Positions 1-12,809 of a DNA stretch of 64,000 nucleotides are shown here, in pieces. A program made the translations under genes and the position numbers. The notes below the pieces were generated by a model. The model made no database searches, had not been told where the DNA came from, and saw only the letters and a list, made by a program, of their open reading frames with translations. Source of the stretch: Squalus acanthias (Eukaryota). Position 1 is the first letter of the stretch; every line of letters begins with the position of its first letter. The stretch spans positions 60,452,001 to 60,516,000 of the forward strand of contig CM059432.1 of NCBI GenBank assembly GCA_030390025.1, read 5' to 3'.

Positions 1-745
1 TTGTTAATTCTTTTTCTTTTTAAAATATCTATAGAAACTCTTACTATCTGTTTTTATATTTCTAGCTAGCTTTCTCTCGTACTCTAATTTTTCTCTCCTT
101 ATTAATCTTTTAGTCATTCTTTGCTGTTTTTTATATTCTGTCCAATCTTCTGACCTGCCACCCATCTTTGCGCAATTATATGCTTTTGCTTTAAGTTTGA
201 TACTATCTTTAACTTTTTTAGTTAACCACAGATGGTAGGTCCTCCCCTTGGAATTTCTCTTTCTCGTTGGAATGTATATATTCTGTGTATTTCTACTGGT
301 CCTTTACTGGTTTCTAAAGCTCTCCCAATCCTCAGGCTTACTACTATTCTTCGCAACATTATAAGCCTCTTCTTTTAACCGAATACTATCCTTAACTTCT
401 TTTGTTAGCCACTTTTCCCATGGAGTTTTAATTTCTCCGTAGAATGTATATTCGTTGAGAATTGAGTATTTCTTTAAATTTTTGCCACTGCTTATCTACT
501 GTCATACCTTTTAATCTAATTTCTCAATCTACCTGAGCCAAGTCACCCCTCATACCTATATAATTGGCTTTATTTAAGTTTAAGACTCTAGTATTGGGAC
601 TAAGTATTTCACTCTCAAACTCAACGTGAAATTCTATCATATTATGATCACTCTTCCCCGAGGATCCTTTACTATAAGATTACCAATTAACCCTGTCTCA
701 TTACACAATACAAGATCTAAAATAGCCTGTTCCCTGGTTGGTTCC
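1..745 (-). mobile_element. CR1 LINE ORF2 fragments (decayed, EN-RT linker)
   Basis: Reverse complement resembles the CR1 segments at 27660-28200 and 18500-18900. Confidence 0.75.
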
Positions 746-754
746 ATGACGTAT

Positions 755-1927
755 CATCCACGCCCTTGTTCTCCTGACCAGCCTCCCATCATCCACCCTC
801 CATAAACTTGAACTCATCCAAATCTTTGTTTCCCATATCTTAACTCGTAACAAGTCCCATTCACCCATCAACTCTGTGCTCATAGAAGCATAAAAGATAG
901 GAGCAGGAGTAGGCCATTTGGCCCCTCGAGCCTGCTCCGCCATTTAATGAGATCATGGCTGATCATCCAAATTCAGTACCCTGTCCCTGCTTTCTCCCCA
1001 TATCCTTTGATCCCCTTAGCCTTAAGAAATATATCTATCTCCTTCTTGAATATATTTAATGAATTGGCCTCAACTGCCTTCTGTGGTAGAGAATTCCACA
1101 GGTTCACCACTCTCTGGGTGAAGAAATTCCTCCCCATCTCAGTCCTAAATGGCTTACGCCTTATCCTTAGACTGTGACCTCTGGTTCTGGACTCCCCCGC
1201 CATCGGGAACATCCTTCCTGCATCTAGTCTGTCTAGTCCTGTTAGAATTTTATAAGTTTCTATAGAATTTTGAAAGATGACCAGCAATGCATCTACTATT
1301 TCTAGGGCCACTTCCTTATGTACCCTAGGATGTAGATTATCAGGCCCTGGGGATTTATCGGCCTTCAATCCCGTCAATTTCCCTAACACCATTTCCCTAC
1401 AAATACTGATTTCATTCAATTCCTCCCTCTCATTAAACCTTATGTTCCCCGACATCTCTGGGAGTTTATTTGTGTCCTACATTATCGGAGTTTATCGGTG
1501 ACCTACATTAGCTCCTGGTCTGGCAATGCCTCAATTTTAAATTTCTCATCCTTGTTTTCAAATCCCTCCAAGGGCTCACCCTTCCCTCTCACTGTAAACT
1601 CCTCCAGCCCCACAACCCTCTGAGATCTCTGTGCTCCTCCAATTCTGGCCTCTTGCACATCCCCGATTTTAATCACTCTACCAGTGGCGGCCATGCCTTC
1701 AGCTACCTGGGCCCTAGCCTCTGGAATTCCTCCCTAAGCCTGTCCACTGTTCTTTCCTCCTTTAAGACGCTCCTTATAACCTACCTCTTTGACCAAGCTT
1801 TTGGTTACCAGTCCTAATATCTCCTTATGTGACTCTGTGTCAAATTTTGTTTGATAAAGCTCCTCTGAAACACCCTGGGATGTTTTACTACAGTAAAGGC
1901 GCTATATAAATGCAAGCTGTTGTTGTT
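755..1927 (+). mobile_element. L2 LINE 3' end, split by the CR1 at 883-1478
   Basis: L2 text (ctgtgctca...gacctacattagctcc) continues across the insertion and ends in the tail aaggcgctatataaatgcaagctgttgttg. Similar to 39725-40305. Confidence 0.75.
883..1478 (-). mobile_element. CR1 3' fragment with an internal deletion
   Basis: ORF 973-1455 joins KSPGPDNLHPRV...FQNSI directly to ETYKILTGLDRLD. Nearly identical to parts of 17845-20889. CR1 3' UTR present. Confidence 0.85.
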
Positions 1928-2583
1928 AGTCCATCCAGCCTGTTCTACACAATTGTGATACCTTGTGTATCACAATATACACACTCTCCACCCCACTCAA
2001 AATCTATCGATCTCAGTGTTGAAAATTTCAATTGTCCCAGCATCCACATCATTTTAAAGGAGAGCGCTCCAGATTTTCATTACCGTTCGTGAAGCATTGT
2101 TTCCTGATTTCACTCCTAACTGGCCTAGCTCTAATTTTAAGGTTATGCCCTCTTGTTCTGGATTCCCTCTCCAGAGGAAATAGTTTCTCTGTATCGACCC
2201 TAACTTTTATCATTTTAAGCACCTCGATAAGCTCACCCAACAACCTTCTAAACTCAAGGGAATACAAACCAATTTTATGTAACCTGTCCTCTTAATTTAA
2301 CCCTTTAAGCCCTGGTATAATTCTGGTGATTCTGTACTGTACTCTCTCCAAGGCCAATATAACTTTCCCGAGGCTGGGTGCCACAAACTGAAGGTTATAC
2401 GCCAGATGTGGTCTGACCAAGTCTCTGTACAAGTGAAGCATCACTTCCTTGTTTGTTATCCAAACCCCGTGAGATAAAAACCAATAATGCATTTGTTTTT
2501 GGCTGCTTTTTGTACCTGTGCACTAGCTTTTAGTGATTTGTGTACAAGGACAATTAAAACCCTTCGGTCCATCACAGTTCCTA
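1928..2583 (-). mobile_element. CR1 3' fragment (diverged family)
   Basis: LYRDLVRPHL and RTRGHNLKI ORF2 C-terminal motifs. Confidence 0.8.
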
Positions 2584-5096
2584 GGGTGAAAAATTCAGGG
2601 GCTTTACACCACCCGTTACCATCAAAAAATGGTGAAAGAGTGGCGGCGGTGGCTCTTTCGCCAGCTGGTGGCAGGTCCCGTGCCATCCTCCATTTTTGAC
2701 CTCCCCATAGTGCTGTCGGTAAGTATTAGCACCCTGCAAAAAAAATAGCAGATTGGTGACGTCCCGCCGACTTAACGTCACCACGGCTAACTTTGACCCT
2801 AGTGCCGAGTTCAGTGCTGGGTCATAACCATGCCAGGGAAACCCAGCGTGCAAAGAGACTGACAGAGGCACTGTCAGCGCCTCTTAAAGGGACACACACA
2901 TCTTTCAGGTAAGTTTCCATTAAAGCTTTTCAACTGGGTTTTTTGATTTTGTTGAAGTAGTGGCTTCCTGCAGTAGATGTTAAAAGTTTTTTTTAAGTGT
3001 GTAGGGAGTGCTGCTGGATGCTTGCACGGCCTCGGATGATAAAGGAAAGACTCTGAAAAAACAGATAATCCTGCAAATACTCAACAGGTCAGGCAACATC
3101 CATGAAGAGAGAAACAGAGTTTACATCTCAGCATGTTGCCTGACCTGCTGAGTATTTCCAGCATTTTATGCTGCCATTTCAGATTTACAGTATCCTCTCA
3201 CAGAGGGAAGAGGAAGACACAGAAGAGGAAGAAGCAGAAGAGGAGGAAGCCGAAGAGGAGGAAGCAGAAGAGGAGGAAGCAGACGGAAGGATGCATCCCA
3301 GACAGACCCTTTCTGGCCGGGATATCCGGGATGGAATCATCCGCCTGCGGTCCCAGTAACCACAACCCCAATTCCCCTTTCAACATTAGTCCCACACCTT
3401 AACTTCCCTCTGTTACTGACCATCAGAGCGTCCTTTTGGCCACGATGCTGAAATAAAAGCCATCACAAAGTAAACTTTCCAATCCAACTCTATACATCTA
3501 TCCATCCAATAGGAGATCAAGAAATCAACGCATCACCCTTATGCATTCTCTTAGTGACTGTCTTGTGTGTGCCTTTGCCTATCCTACAGATGTCACACAG
3601 TGCTACCCCAGTGGCTGCAGCATGGCTGGTGGAAGGCTGCTGATTTTCAGTGGGGGACACTGCAAATGGCCTTGCTGGTCGACCTTAAGGAGCAGGTGGC
3701 TGGGAGAGTCTAATCAAGTGATGGTGTTCTTCTCCTTCTTCACTCTCCTTTCTCTCTTCTTGGCCAACCACTGACTGGGCAGGCTGCATTTCCTGGGTGT
3801 GTGAAATGAGGAAGGCACAAGGGTGGAGTTGTGGTGAGGGGAGGGCGGGAAAGCAAGAAGTGCGTGCCAGGAGGAGGATAACATATAAGGATACAAGTAT
3901 CTTGTCTCCTTTCTGCCCCGCTGCTGTCCAAGGGCTCAGCCATGTCCCTGCCAAGAATTGCCTTGTACCATCTCCTCCAAGGGGGTGAGGTGAGGCTAGG
4001 AATGGGAGATGTGCCTCGTGATTGGTACAGATTATTGGTAGGTGAGTGGGGTGGGGGGAGTCATGCAATGAGAAGTGTGGGAGGCTGGTGATGCCGTTGG
4101 TAAGAGACAGCTTTTGAAGATGCATTCACTGACCTTGGCCAGTGGTCTGAGGTCATGAAGCTTCTTTGAGCACTGGAGCCAGGTGGTGCAGGCAACACTG
4201 GTGGCAGTGACGGCCTCGGTGACGTGGTCCCATATCGTTTTTTCTGGAAGGCCTCCTGGCCCCTGTGGGTATAGGACCTCTCTTGCAGTGTTGACCCCCT
4301 GCACAAAGCTGGAGTGCTGCGTGCAAGATTTTGGGTGCCCCGTCCCTGACTTGCTGAGCCATTTGTGTTAGTGCTGAAGCACTTTTCCCATTTTTTGAGC
4401 TTCAGAAGTGAATTCAGCTTTAAGCGCTGAGGAATTCCATTTGGGACTTCTTTATAATGGTAAATTGTTTATTGAAAGGCAGTAAGGGCTGAAAGGTGCA
4501 TTTTTCCACTGCATTGTAATTTTTATTAGTTCTGAATGCATTGCCCCTTTAATTCATAGCCCCTTTAATTGCCCACAATGCCTTGCGAACTCCACAGCCT
4601 CGCTCCCACAGGCTGTAAGAAGCAGCAACGCCTCGAGGCTAACACTTCAGTGCAACATTGAGCAAGTGCTGCATTGTTAAAGGGAACATCTTTCAGACAA
4701 CGCCTGGTTGAGGCCCCCTTTGCAAAATTGGTTTGCGACTGACCGCAGCATGCACGTGCATGTTACTATCAGTATTCGCAGGTGCTTGACAGCCAAACCA
4801 GTGGTCCTTAAAGGGACCTCTGGAGGTTATTAGCAGAAAGGTAAGTTTTAACTTTTTCACTTACCTTATTGTGGAGCTGGGACGATGCCGGCTACTTTTC
4901 ATCTCTCTCCCCCAGACTCTCCTTACGACCTTGGCTGCCTCTGGTGGTGCAACTGGCACCTGTAGCTCATCAGTAATAAAAAAATGAGGTCGGCAGACTA
5001 ATTTTCTGTGTTCCTGCCACCGGCTTCTATAGGCGCGTGCAGCCTGTATAGCACTGGGATCACACGCTAATTCAAGTGCGATCCAAATTCTAGGCC
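2584..5096. mobile_element. Decayed PIF/Harbinger transposon
   Basis: Weak TIR-like ends (GGGTGAAAAATT / AAATTCTAGGCC) with no matching TSD. Poly-Glu transposase tail at 3200-3290 (+). Myb/SANT remnant REVLYPQG...WDHVTEAV...WLQCSKKLHDL at ~4130-4362 (-). Confidence 0.7.
3055..3195. repeat. Inverted (fold-back) fragment of a Penelope-like terminal repeat
   Basis: aaatactcaacaggtcaggcaacat ... atgttgcctgacctgctgagtattt. Confidence 0.65.
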
Positions 5097-5119
5097 AAGG
5101 TGTCAAACTGAAGCCCATT

Positions 5120-5295
5120 CAGACAGATGTAGACGATCCCATGGCACTATTTGAACAGCAGAGAGCTCTCCTGGTATCCCAGCCAACATTCCTTCCTCAA
5201 CTAACATCACCAAACACAGATGAAATTATCGTTCATTTAATTTGCTGTTTGTGGGATCTTGCTTCACACAAATTGGCTGCTGCAACAGTGATTAT
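5120..5295 (+). mobile_element. DeuSINE/SacSINE1-like SINE 3' body, left part (continues at 15108-15190)
   Basis: Similar to 23070-23130 and 50330-50600. SINE text acagtgatTAT resumes as TATatttcaaaag after the 9.8-kb insertion. Confidence 0.7.
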
Positions 5296-5698
5296 GGCTG
5301 GAATTTTCCTGTTGCCGTGCGTGCGGGTTTGGAGGAGGGTCGGCTGTAAAAATAGCAAAATTAGGCAGCGCGTCGGAACCCGCCGTCATCCTGACTCCTT
5401 GTGTCTTTAACTCGGGCGCATTTGCCAGTGCGCCACGAACCCGATCGGGAGAGGCGGGTGACCTAATTAACCTCATTAAATGTTTGTAATCAGACCCTTA
5501 ACAGGCATTTTAACTGCAGCTTCTGAATTTAACAGCATGAGTACGGGAAGCACGCAGCTCGGAAACCTCACCTGTGAAAGGGAGGCGGAAGTACAGTGGC
5601 CATTGTGCTCGGGCAATAATTGACAGCTGGGAATAGCAGATAAATAGACACACCTTACACCTCATTAGTTGGAGGTGGCAAAGGTTTAAACTAGTAAA

Positions 5699-8623
5699 AT
5701 GGGGGAGGGATCTACAAGAAACGTAACCAGCCTAATTATAAACAAAACAGGAAAAGAGAGAACAGGAAAGAATAAAGTAAGGGAGGACATTGATGGCAAG
5801 GGAATAAATAGAGTTATAGAACAGCAGTCTAAAAAGATGGTTAAACATAAAGTGAAAGAAAATCCTATTAAAACTGAGTTAAACTGTCTGTACAGCAATG
5901 CACAGAGTGTCTGTAATAAAACAGGGGAGCTGGAGGCAATCATGCGTTGCGAGGAACCAGACATAGTAGGGATTACTGAGACATGGCTACAGAAAAATCA
6001 GGACTGGGAATTAAACATTGCAGGGCATAACATATTTAGAAAAGTTAGAGAGGGAAAAAGGGGAGGAGAAGCTGTACTTATTAGGGATAACATAATGGCA
6101 GTAGAAAAAAGTGACACAACTATCAGCAAGACAAAAATAGAATCCATATGGATAGAGAAAAAAGATAATAAAGGATCAATCACACTAATAGGTGCAGTCT
6201 ACAGACTACCTAATAGTGGAAAGGAGGTGGAGGAAGAAATATGCAGACAAATTAGGGAAATTAGTAAAAAACATAGAATAATAATCATGGGGGATTTCAA
6301 CAACTCCGATATTAATTGGACAGAAGAGGTAGGTAAAGGGGATAAGGGAATGGAGTTCCTACAATGTCTACAGGACTCCTTTCTAACCCAATATGTAAAA
6401 AGCCCAACAAGGGAGGATTCGCTATTGCATCTAGTAATGGGTAATGAACCAGAGCAGATAAGAGAAGTAAAAGTAGGGGAACATCTAGGCAATAGTGACC
6501 ATAATATAATACGCTTTAAGATGATAATTGAGAAGGACATAAGTATGACAAAAACCGGGGTAATAGATTGGAGAAAAGCTGATTTTGAGGGGCTGAGAAT
6601 AGAACTTGGGAAAATAAAATGGGCAACAATATTGGCAAACAACGATATAGAACAGCAATGGGAAACATTTAAAACAGTGATCAACAGAGTGCAGGAACAA
6701 TATATTCCGCTAAAAGGAAAGAACAAACTAAACACTACTGAGACTCCATGGATGTGTAATGAGAAAGGGCAAATCAATAATCTTGTGGTAAAGGGGCCTT
6801 TAGGGACAAGTGACCAAAATATGATTGAATTTTACATTAAGTTTGAGAATGATGTAGTCCAATCTGAAACTAAGGTCTTCAATCTAAACAGAGGAAACTA
6901 CAAGGGTATGAGGGACAAGTTGGCCATGGTAGATTGGGAGACTACACTAAAAGGTATGAAGGTGGACATACAATGGCTAACATTCAAGGAAATAATGCAT
7001 AATTTGCAACAAACATATATTCCTCTAGGGCATAAAAACCCAAAAGGAAAAGTGATCCAACCATGGCTAACAAAAGAAATTAAAGCTAGTATTAAGTCAA
7101 AGGAGGAAGCTTATAAAGTTGCCAGAAAAAGCGGTCAGCCTGAGGATTGGGATATTTTTAGAAATCAGCAAAGGGGGACCAAGAAATTGATAAAGAAAGG
7201 GAAAATGGAATATGAGCACAAACTAGTGAAAAATATACAAAAGGATTGTAAAAGCTTCTATAGGTATGTGAAAAGGAAAAGACTGGCGAAGGTAAATGTA
7301 GGTCCTTTACAGTCAGAGACGGGAGAATTTATAATGGGGAATGAGGAAATGGCAGAGAAATTAAATAAATATTTTGTTTCTGTCTTCACGGAGGAAGACA
7401 CAAAAAACCTCCCAGAAATACGAGAAAACCAAGGGTGTGGCGAGAATGAGGAATTTAAAGAAATTATTAGTAAAAAAACAGTACTAGCAAAATTAATGGG
7501 ACTAAAAGTCAATAAATCCCAAGGACCGGATGACCTACATCCTAGGGTTTTGAAAGAGGTGGCCATTGGAATAGTGGACGCATTGGTTGTCATCTTCCAA
7601 AATTCTATAGATTCTGGAACGGTTCCTGCAGATTGGAGGATAGCAAATGTAACCCCGTTATTTAAGAAAGGAGGGAGAGAGAAAATGGGGAACTACAGAC
7701 CTGTTAGCCTCACATCAGTAGTTGGAGAAAAGCTGGAATCTATTATAAAGGATGCAATAACTGGGCACTTAGAAACTAATAGTAAGATTGGGCAGAGTCA
7801 ACATGGATTTATGAAAGGGAAATCCTGTTTGACAAACCCATTGGAGTTCTTTGAGGATGTAACTAGTGGAGTAGACAAAGGGGAACCGGTAGATGTGATG
7901 TATCTGGATTTTCAGAAGGCCTTCGATAAGATCCCACACAAGAGGTTGGTGAACAAAATTAGGGCACATGGAATTGGGGGTAATACACTAGCATGGATTG
8001 AGAATTGGTTAACAGACAGAAAACAAAGAGTAGGGATAAACGGGTCTTTTTCAGGATGGCAGGCTGTGACTAGTGGGGTACTGCAAGGATCAGTGCTTGG
8101 GGACCAGCTATTCGCAATCTATATCAATGATTTGGATGAGGGGACTAAATGTAACATTTCCAAATTTGCTGATGACCCAAAGCTAGGTGGCAGTGTCAGT
8201 TGTGAAGAGGATGTGAAGAGGCTTCAAGGGGATCTCGACAGGCTCAGTGAGTGGGCGAGAACATGGCAGATGGAATATAATGTGGATAAATGTGAAGTTA
8301 TCCACTTTGGTAGAAAAAACAGAAAGGCAGAGTATTTCCTAAATGGTGAAAGATTGGGGAATGCAGATGCTCAAAGGGACCTGGGTGTCCTTGTACATGA
8401 GTCACTGAAAGTGAATGTGCAGGTGCAACAAGCCATTAGGAAGGCAAATGGTATGCTGGCCTTCATTACAAGAGGATTTGAGTACAGGAGTAAAGAAGTC
8501 TTACTCCAATTATATAGGGCCTTGGTGAGACCACACCTGGAGTACTGTGTACAATTTTGGTCTCCTTACCTAAGGAAGGATATACTTGCCATAGAGGGAG
8601 TGCAACGAATGTTCACGCGTTGA
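5699..8623 (+). pseudogene. 974-aa chimeric CR1 ORF2 (endonuclease from outer copy, RT from inner copy), frameshifted near the C-terminus
   Basis: ORF track. The post-endonuclease segment (SDH...YIPL...PW) occurs twice. Confidence 0.8.
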
Positions 8624-9096
8624 TTCCTGGGATGGCGGGACTGTCATATGAGAAGAGATTGAGTAAACTAGGCCTGTATTCTCTTGAATTCAGAAGAATG
8701 AGAGGGGATCTCATTGAAGCATACAAAATTATTACAGGGCTTGATAGGGTGGATGCTGGGAGAATGTTTCCCTTGGCTGGGGAGCCTAGAACCAGGGGCC
8801 ACAGCCTCAGGATAAAGGGTAGGCCATTCAGGACTGAGATGAGAAGAAATTTCTTCACACAGAGGGTGGTGAATCTTTGGAATTCTCTACCCCAGAGGGC
8901 TGTGGAGGCTCAGTCATTGGGTATATTCAAAACAGAAGTCGATAGATTTCTGACTAGTAAAGGCATCAAGGGATATATGGTGATAGGGCCGGTGAATGGA
9001 GTTGAGGCAGAAGATCAGCCATGATCTCATTGAATGGTGGAGCAGGCTCGAAGGGCCGAATGGCCTGCTCCTGCTCCTATTTCTTATGTTCTTATG
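6755..9096 (+). mobile_element. 5'-truncated CR1 nested in another CR1
   Basis: RT motifs QHGF, LDFQKAFD, FADD. 3' UTR ends ttcttatgttcttatg. ATG is shared at both junctions. Confidence 0.9.
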
Positions 9097-9540
9097 AATA
9101 AAGCCATAAGGGAACAATTGAGGGTACAGAAAGAGGCATACATTAAGTACAGTAGTGGAGTGCATGATAAGGGAGAATATGAAGAGATTAGGAGAGAAGT
9201 CAAAAAAACAATTAGGAAGGCAAAGAGGAACTATGAAATTAAATTATCAAGGAACATAAAACAAAATTGTAAAATATTTTACAGGCACAACAATAAAAAA
9301 AGGAAGGTTGGGATGGGAATAGAGCCATTCAGGGATAGACAGGACAATACCACAGGTAACGATAGAGAGATGGTAGAAATATTAAATCATTATTTTGCTT
9401 CAGTATTTACCAGGGAGATAGAACAGGTGGACATGACATTGGATGATGAGATTAGTAATGAGATAAGTGCATTTAAAATAAAATAAAAAGAGGGAATATA
9501 TTAAATAAACTAATCAAACTCAAAGAGGATAAAACCCCTG

Positions 9541-10433
9541 GGGGTAAAAATTCACTTGGTTGCGCCACCCGTTAGCGCCTTAAGAGGGCGCTAATGGGGC
9601 GCAAAGCCGCTAACGCCCGGGCGCAGCGATGTTTGCGCCGCTCGAGAACTTAACTTGAGATTGTGCGGCGGCGCTAAAACTTACCGCTGCGACCACCTGC
9701 GCGCGCAGATTGTGACGTCATTCCATGGTGCAACGCCCTTGGGGCGCCCCGTAGCGGAAATTGAGTGGCGCCCCCTGCCTTACCGCCTGGCGCTTCCAAC
9801 GACCAGAAGACTGGAACGCTATCAATCGCTGTGGGGCTGGGGGGGGCGCTATTTAAAGGGGGCCTCTTCCTGTCTTTTATTGTTGGTGGCATTTTTGAAC
9901 TACGCATTCTGAGAGAGAGAGGGAGAGACTTCTGGAGAGATTCAACGTTGTGTGAAGGAGTTTTGGGTACGGAGCAGCACTTTGCAGGTTCATTTTGATT
10001 TGCCATTCCTTGTATCGATTTAGCAGAGACCGTGGGAGCTGCACTCTGAGCTCTTTGCCTGGTGCTCTCCATTGTTCTTTCCAGCACATTTGATGTGCAA
10101 GTCTTTCCAGGCCGAGATTCAAGGCAGCAATGAACAGGATGTGGATGGAAAGCAAGATTAACCATCCCCTTTAAGAACTGGCCCGTGCCATTGTGTGTGT
10201 GTTCCATTGCTGACTGACATTACATGAGCTTCGCCAGCGCTCCGAGTTAGCGCCTCACTCCTTGGCCTTTGCGCCTTAAGAGAGGTGTGCAGCGCCTGCT
10301 TTAGCGCTCCACTCACCTCCCGGGGCGGTAAAAGTGAAGTTTCCTGTCAGTGCCGATAATTAGCGCCAGGCGCTAATATTTGCGTTCGGATGATATTTGC
10401 GCCCCAAATGGGGCGCGACCTAATTTCTACCCC
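9541..10433 (+). mobile_element. Non-autonomous Harbinger (893 bp), family of 31384-35518
   Basis: TIRs GGGGTAAAAATT / AATTTCTACCCC and TSD CTG. Confidence 0.9.
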
Positions 10434-12158
10434 CTGGATTTTAAAAGAATTTAGGGAATAGATAGCAGAAGTATTACTACACATACTTAATAATTCATTA
10501 GAAAAAGGTGTAGTGCCAGAGGACTGGCGGATAGCTAACGTAATACCTATATTTAAGAAAGGGGATAGAACATGTCCAGGGAATTATAGACCACTCAGCT
10601 TAACATCGGTGGTAGGAAAAATAATGGAATCCCTACTAAAGGAGAAAATAGAAGAACATCTAGAAACCAAAACCATAGTAATGATTAGTCAGCATGGATT
10701 TCAAAAGGGAAAGTCTTGCTTTCCCAACCTTATTGAATTTTTTGAAGAGGTAACAAAGAGAGTAGACAATGGTAATGCAGTAGATGTAATTTATCTAGAT
10801 TTTCAAAAGGCCTTCGATAAGGTACCCCATAATAGACTGATGAACAAGGTCAGCGAATGCAGATTCAGGGGACACGTAGCAGAATGGATAGCTAGCTGGC
10901 TTCAAGACAGAAAGCAGAGAGTGGGAGTAAAGGGTAGTTATTCACAATGGCAGAAGGTGGGTAGTGGTGTTCCACAAGGATCAGTGCTGGGACCACTGTT
11001 GTTCACAATTTATATTAACGATTTAGACTTTGGAATCGAAAACACAATTTCTAAGTTTGCGGATGGCACCAAATTAGTGGGGGGGGGGGGAGTCAATACT
11101 GAGGAGGACTGCAACAAATTACAGGAGGACATTAATAAACTTGCAGAATGGACATATAATTGGCAAATGAAGTTCAACACAGATAAATGTGAGGTATTAC
11201 ATTTTGGTAAGAAGAATAGGGAGGTCACTTATTACTTGGAGGGTGTGAGTCTAGGTGGGGTAGAGGAACAAAGGGATCTCAGAGTACAAATACACAAATC
11301 ACTAAAAGTTGCAACATAGGTTAGCAAAGCCATAAAAAAAAGCAAACCAAGCACTAGGGTTTATTTCTAGAGGTATAGAATTGAAAAGTAGAGAAGTTAT
11401 GCTAAACCTGTATCGAACTTTGGTTAGACCACACTTAGAATACTGCGTACAGTTCTGGTCCCCATATTATAAGAAGGATATAGAGGCACTAGAGAGGGTG
11501 CAGAGAAGATTTACAAGGATGATACCAGAAATGCGAGGGTATACCTATCAGGAAAAGATGAACAGGCTGGATCTATTTCCTCTTGAAAAAAGAAGGCTGA
11601 GGGTGACCTAATAGAGGTCTTTAAAATTATGAAATGTTTTGATAGAGTGGTTACAGAGAGAATGTTTCCGCTTGTGGGGAAGAGCATAACTAGAGGCCAT
11701 CAAGATAAGATAGTCACCAAGAAATCCAATAGGGAAGTCAGAAGAAACTTCTTTACCCAAAGAGTGGTGAGAATGTGGAACTCGCTACTACAGGGAGTGG
11801 TTGAAGCGAAAAGTATAGATGCCTTTAAGGGGAGGCTAGGCAAGCATATGAGGGAGAAGGGAATAGAGGGTTATGTTAATAGATTTAGATGAGGAAAGAC
11901 GGGAGGAAGCTTGAGTGGGGCATAAACTCCGGCATGGACTTGTTGGGCCGAATGGCCTGATTCTGTGCCGTATATCCTATGTAATGCCTAAGGGAAAAGC
12001 TGTTGATGACTCCAATCTGTGCACAGATTTAGGTTTCTGGAGTTTGCAGGTCATTTCTGCAACCTCGGAAGCCACTCTCACCACGTTGCTACTCAGTATT
12101 AGAACAGTGCGAGATTGGCCCTCTGATTGCTACTTCACCTGCCATCTACTACATCAGC

Positions 12159-12705
12159 ATGGGTGCCGCTTATACTGTCTCACCTTGGCCCTCAGAATCG
12201 GACCAAGATGAGCACCACCACCAACAACACCAGCCACACCAGCAGCAACCACAACAATAGCCTTCTCCTCAATGACCTGATGCTCTGCAGGAGAGAGGAG
12301 GGCACCACAAGATTGCAGCGCGCCAGAGGCGATACCCCAACACATGGTATACATGCAAAGGATGAGCTTCCTCAACATGACTGAGCAGCAGTGCTTCAGG
12401 AGGCTCAGGCTATCGTGCCAGGTTGTCGCAGACATTTGTAGCTTGCTGGAACAAGACCTGTTGCCCAGAGGTCCTGGTGGACACTCCTTGCCAGTGGCTG
12501 TCAAAGTCACCACCGCCCTCAACTTCTTCGCCTCAGGTTCCTTCCAGGGATCTACAGCAGACATTTGCGGGATCTCCCAGTCGGCTGCCCACAGATGCAT
12601 CACACAGTTTCACCGATGCCATGTTTCACAAGGCAGCCAATTATATCAACTTTGCCACTGATGAAGCCAGTGTTACTGAGCGGGCGCTCAGCTTTACAGC
12701 TCTAG
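12159..12705 (+). pseudogene. HARBI1-like Harbinger transposase, N-terminal remnant
   Basis: [13 protein letters not shown]...[20 protein letters not shown]...[12 protein letters not shown]. Catalytic half deleted. Confidence 0.85.
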
Positions 12706-12809
12706 ACCCGAAAGTGCTGCAAAGAAAAACATTCATGTGTCCAATCAAAACAACTGAAATATAGCACTAACATTTGCTGATATACCCATGTGCTTACCCT
12801 TGTGCATCT

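Larger units (their letters stand above)
5686..11985 (+). mobile_element. CR1 LINE (outer copy), interrupted at 6755-9096 and 9541-10433
   Basis: APE endonuclease motifs GITETW, MGDFN, SDH. ORF2 resumes NKAIREQL at 9097. RT motifs [10 protein letters not shown] and FADG at 10513-11319. Confidence 0.9.

Noticed and set aside
3198..3290. Poly-Glu or basic low-complexity host protein
   Set aside because: Equivalent to the acidic transposase tails at ~32933, ~48170 and ~55450.
5998..7969. Hydrophobic antisense ORFs over CR1s (also 17922-19427 and others)
   Set aside because: Shadow frames of purine-rich LINE coding strands.
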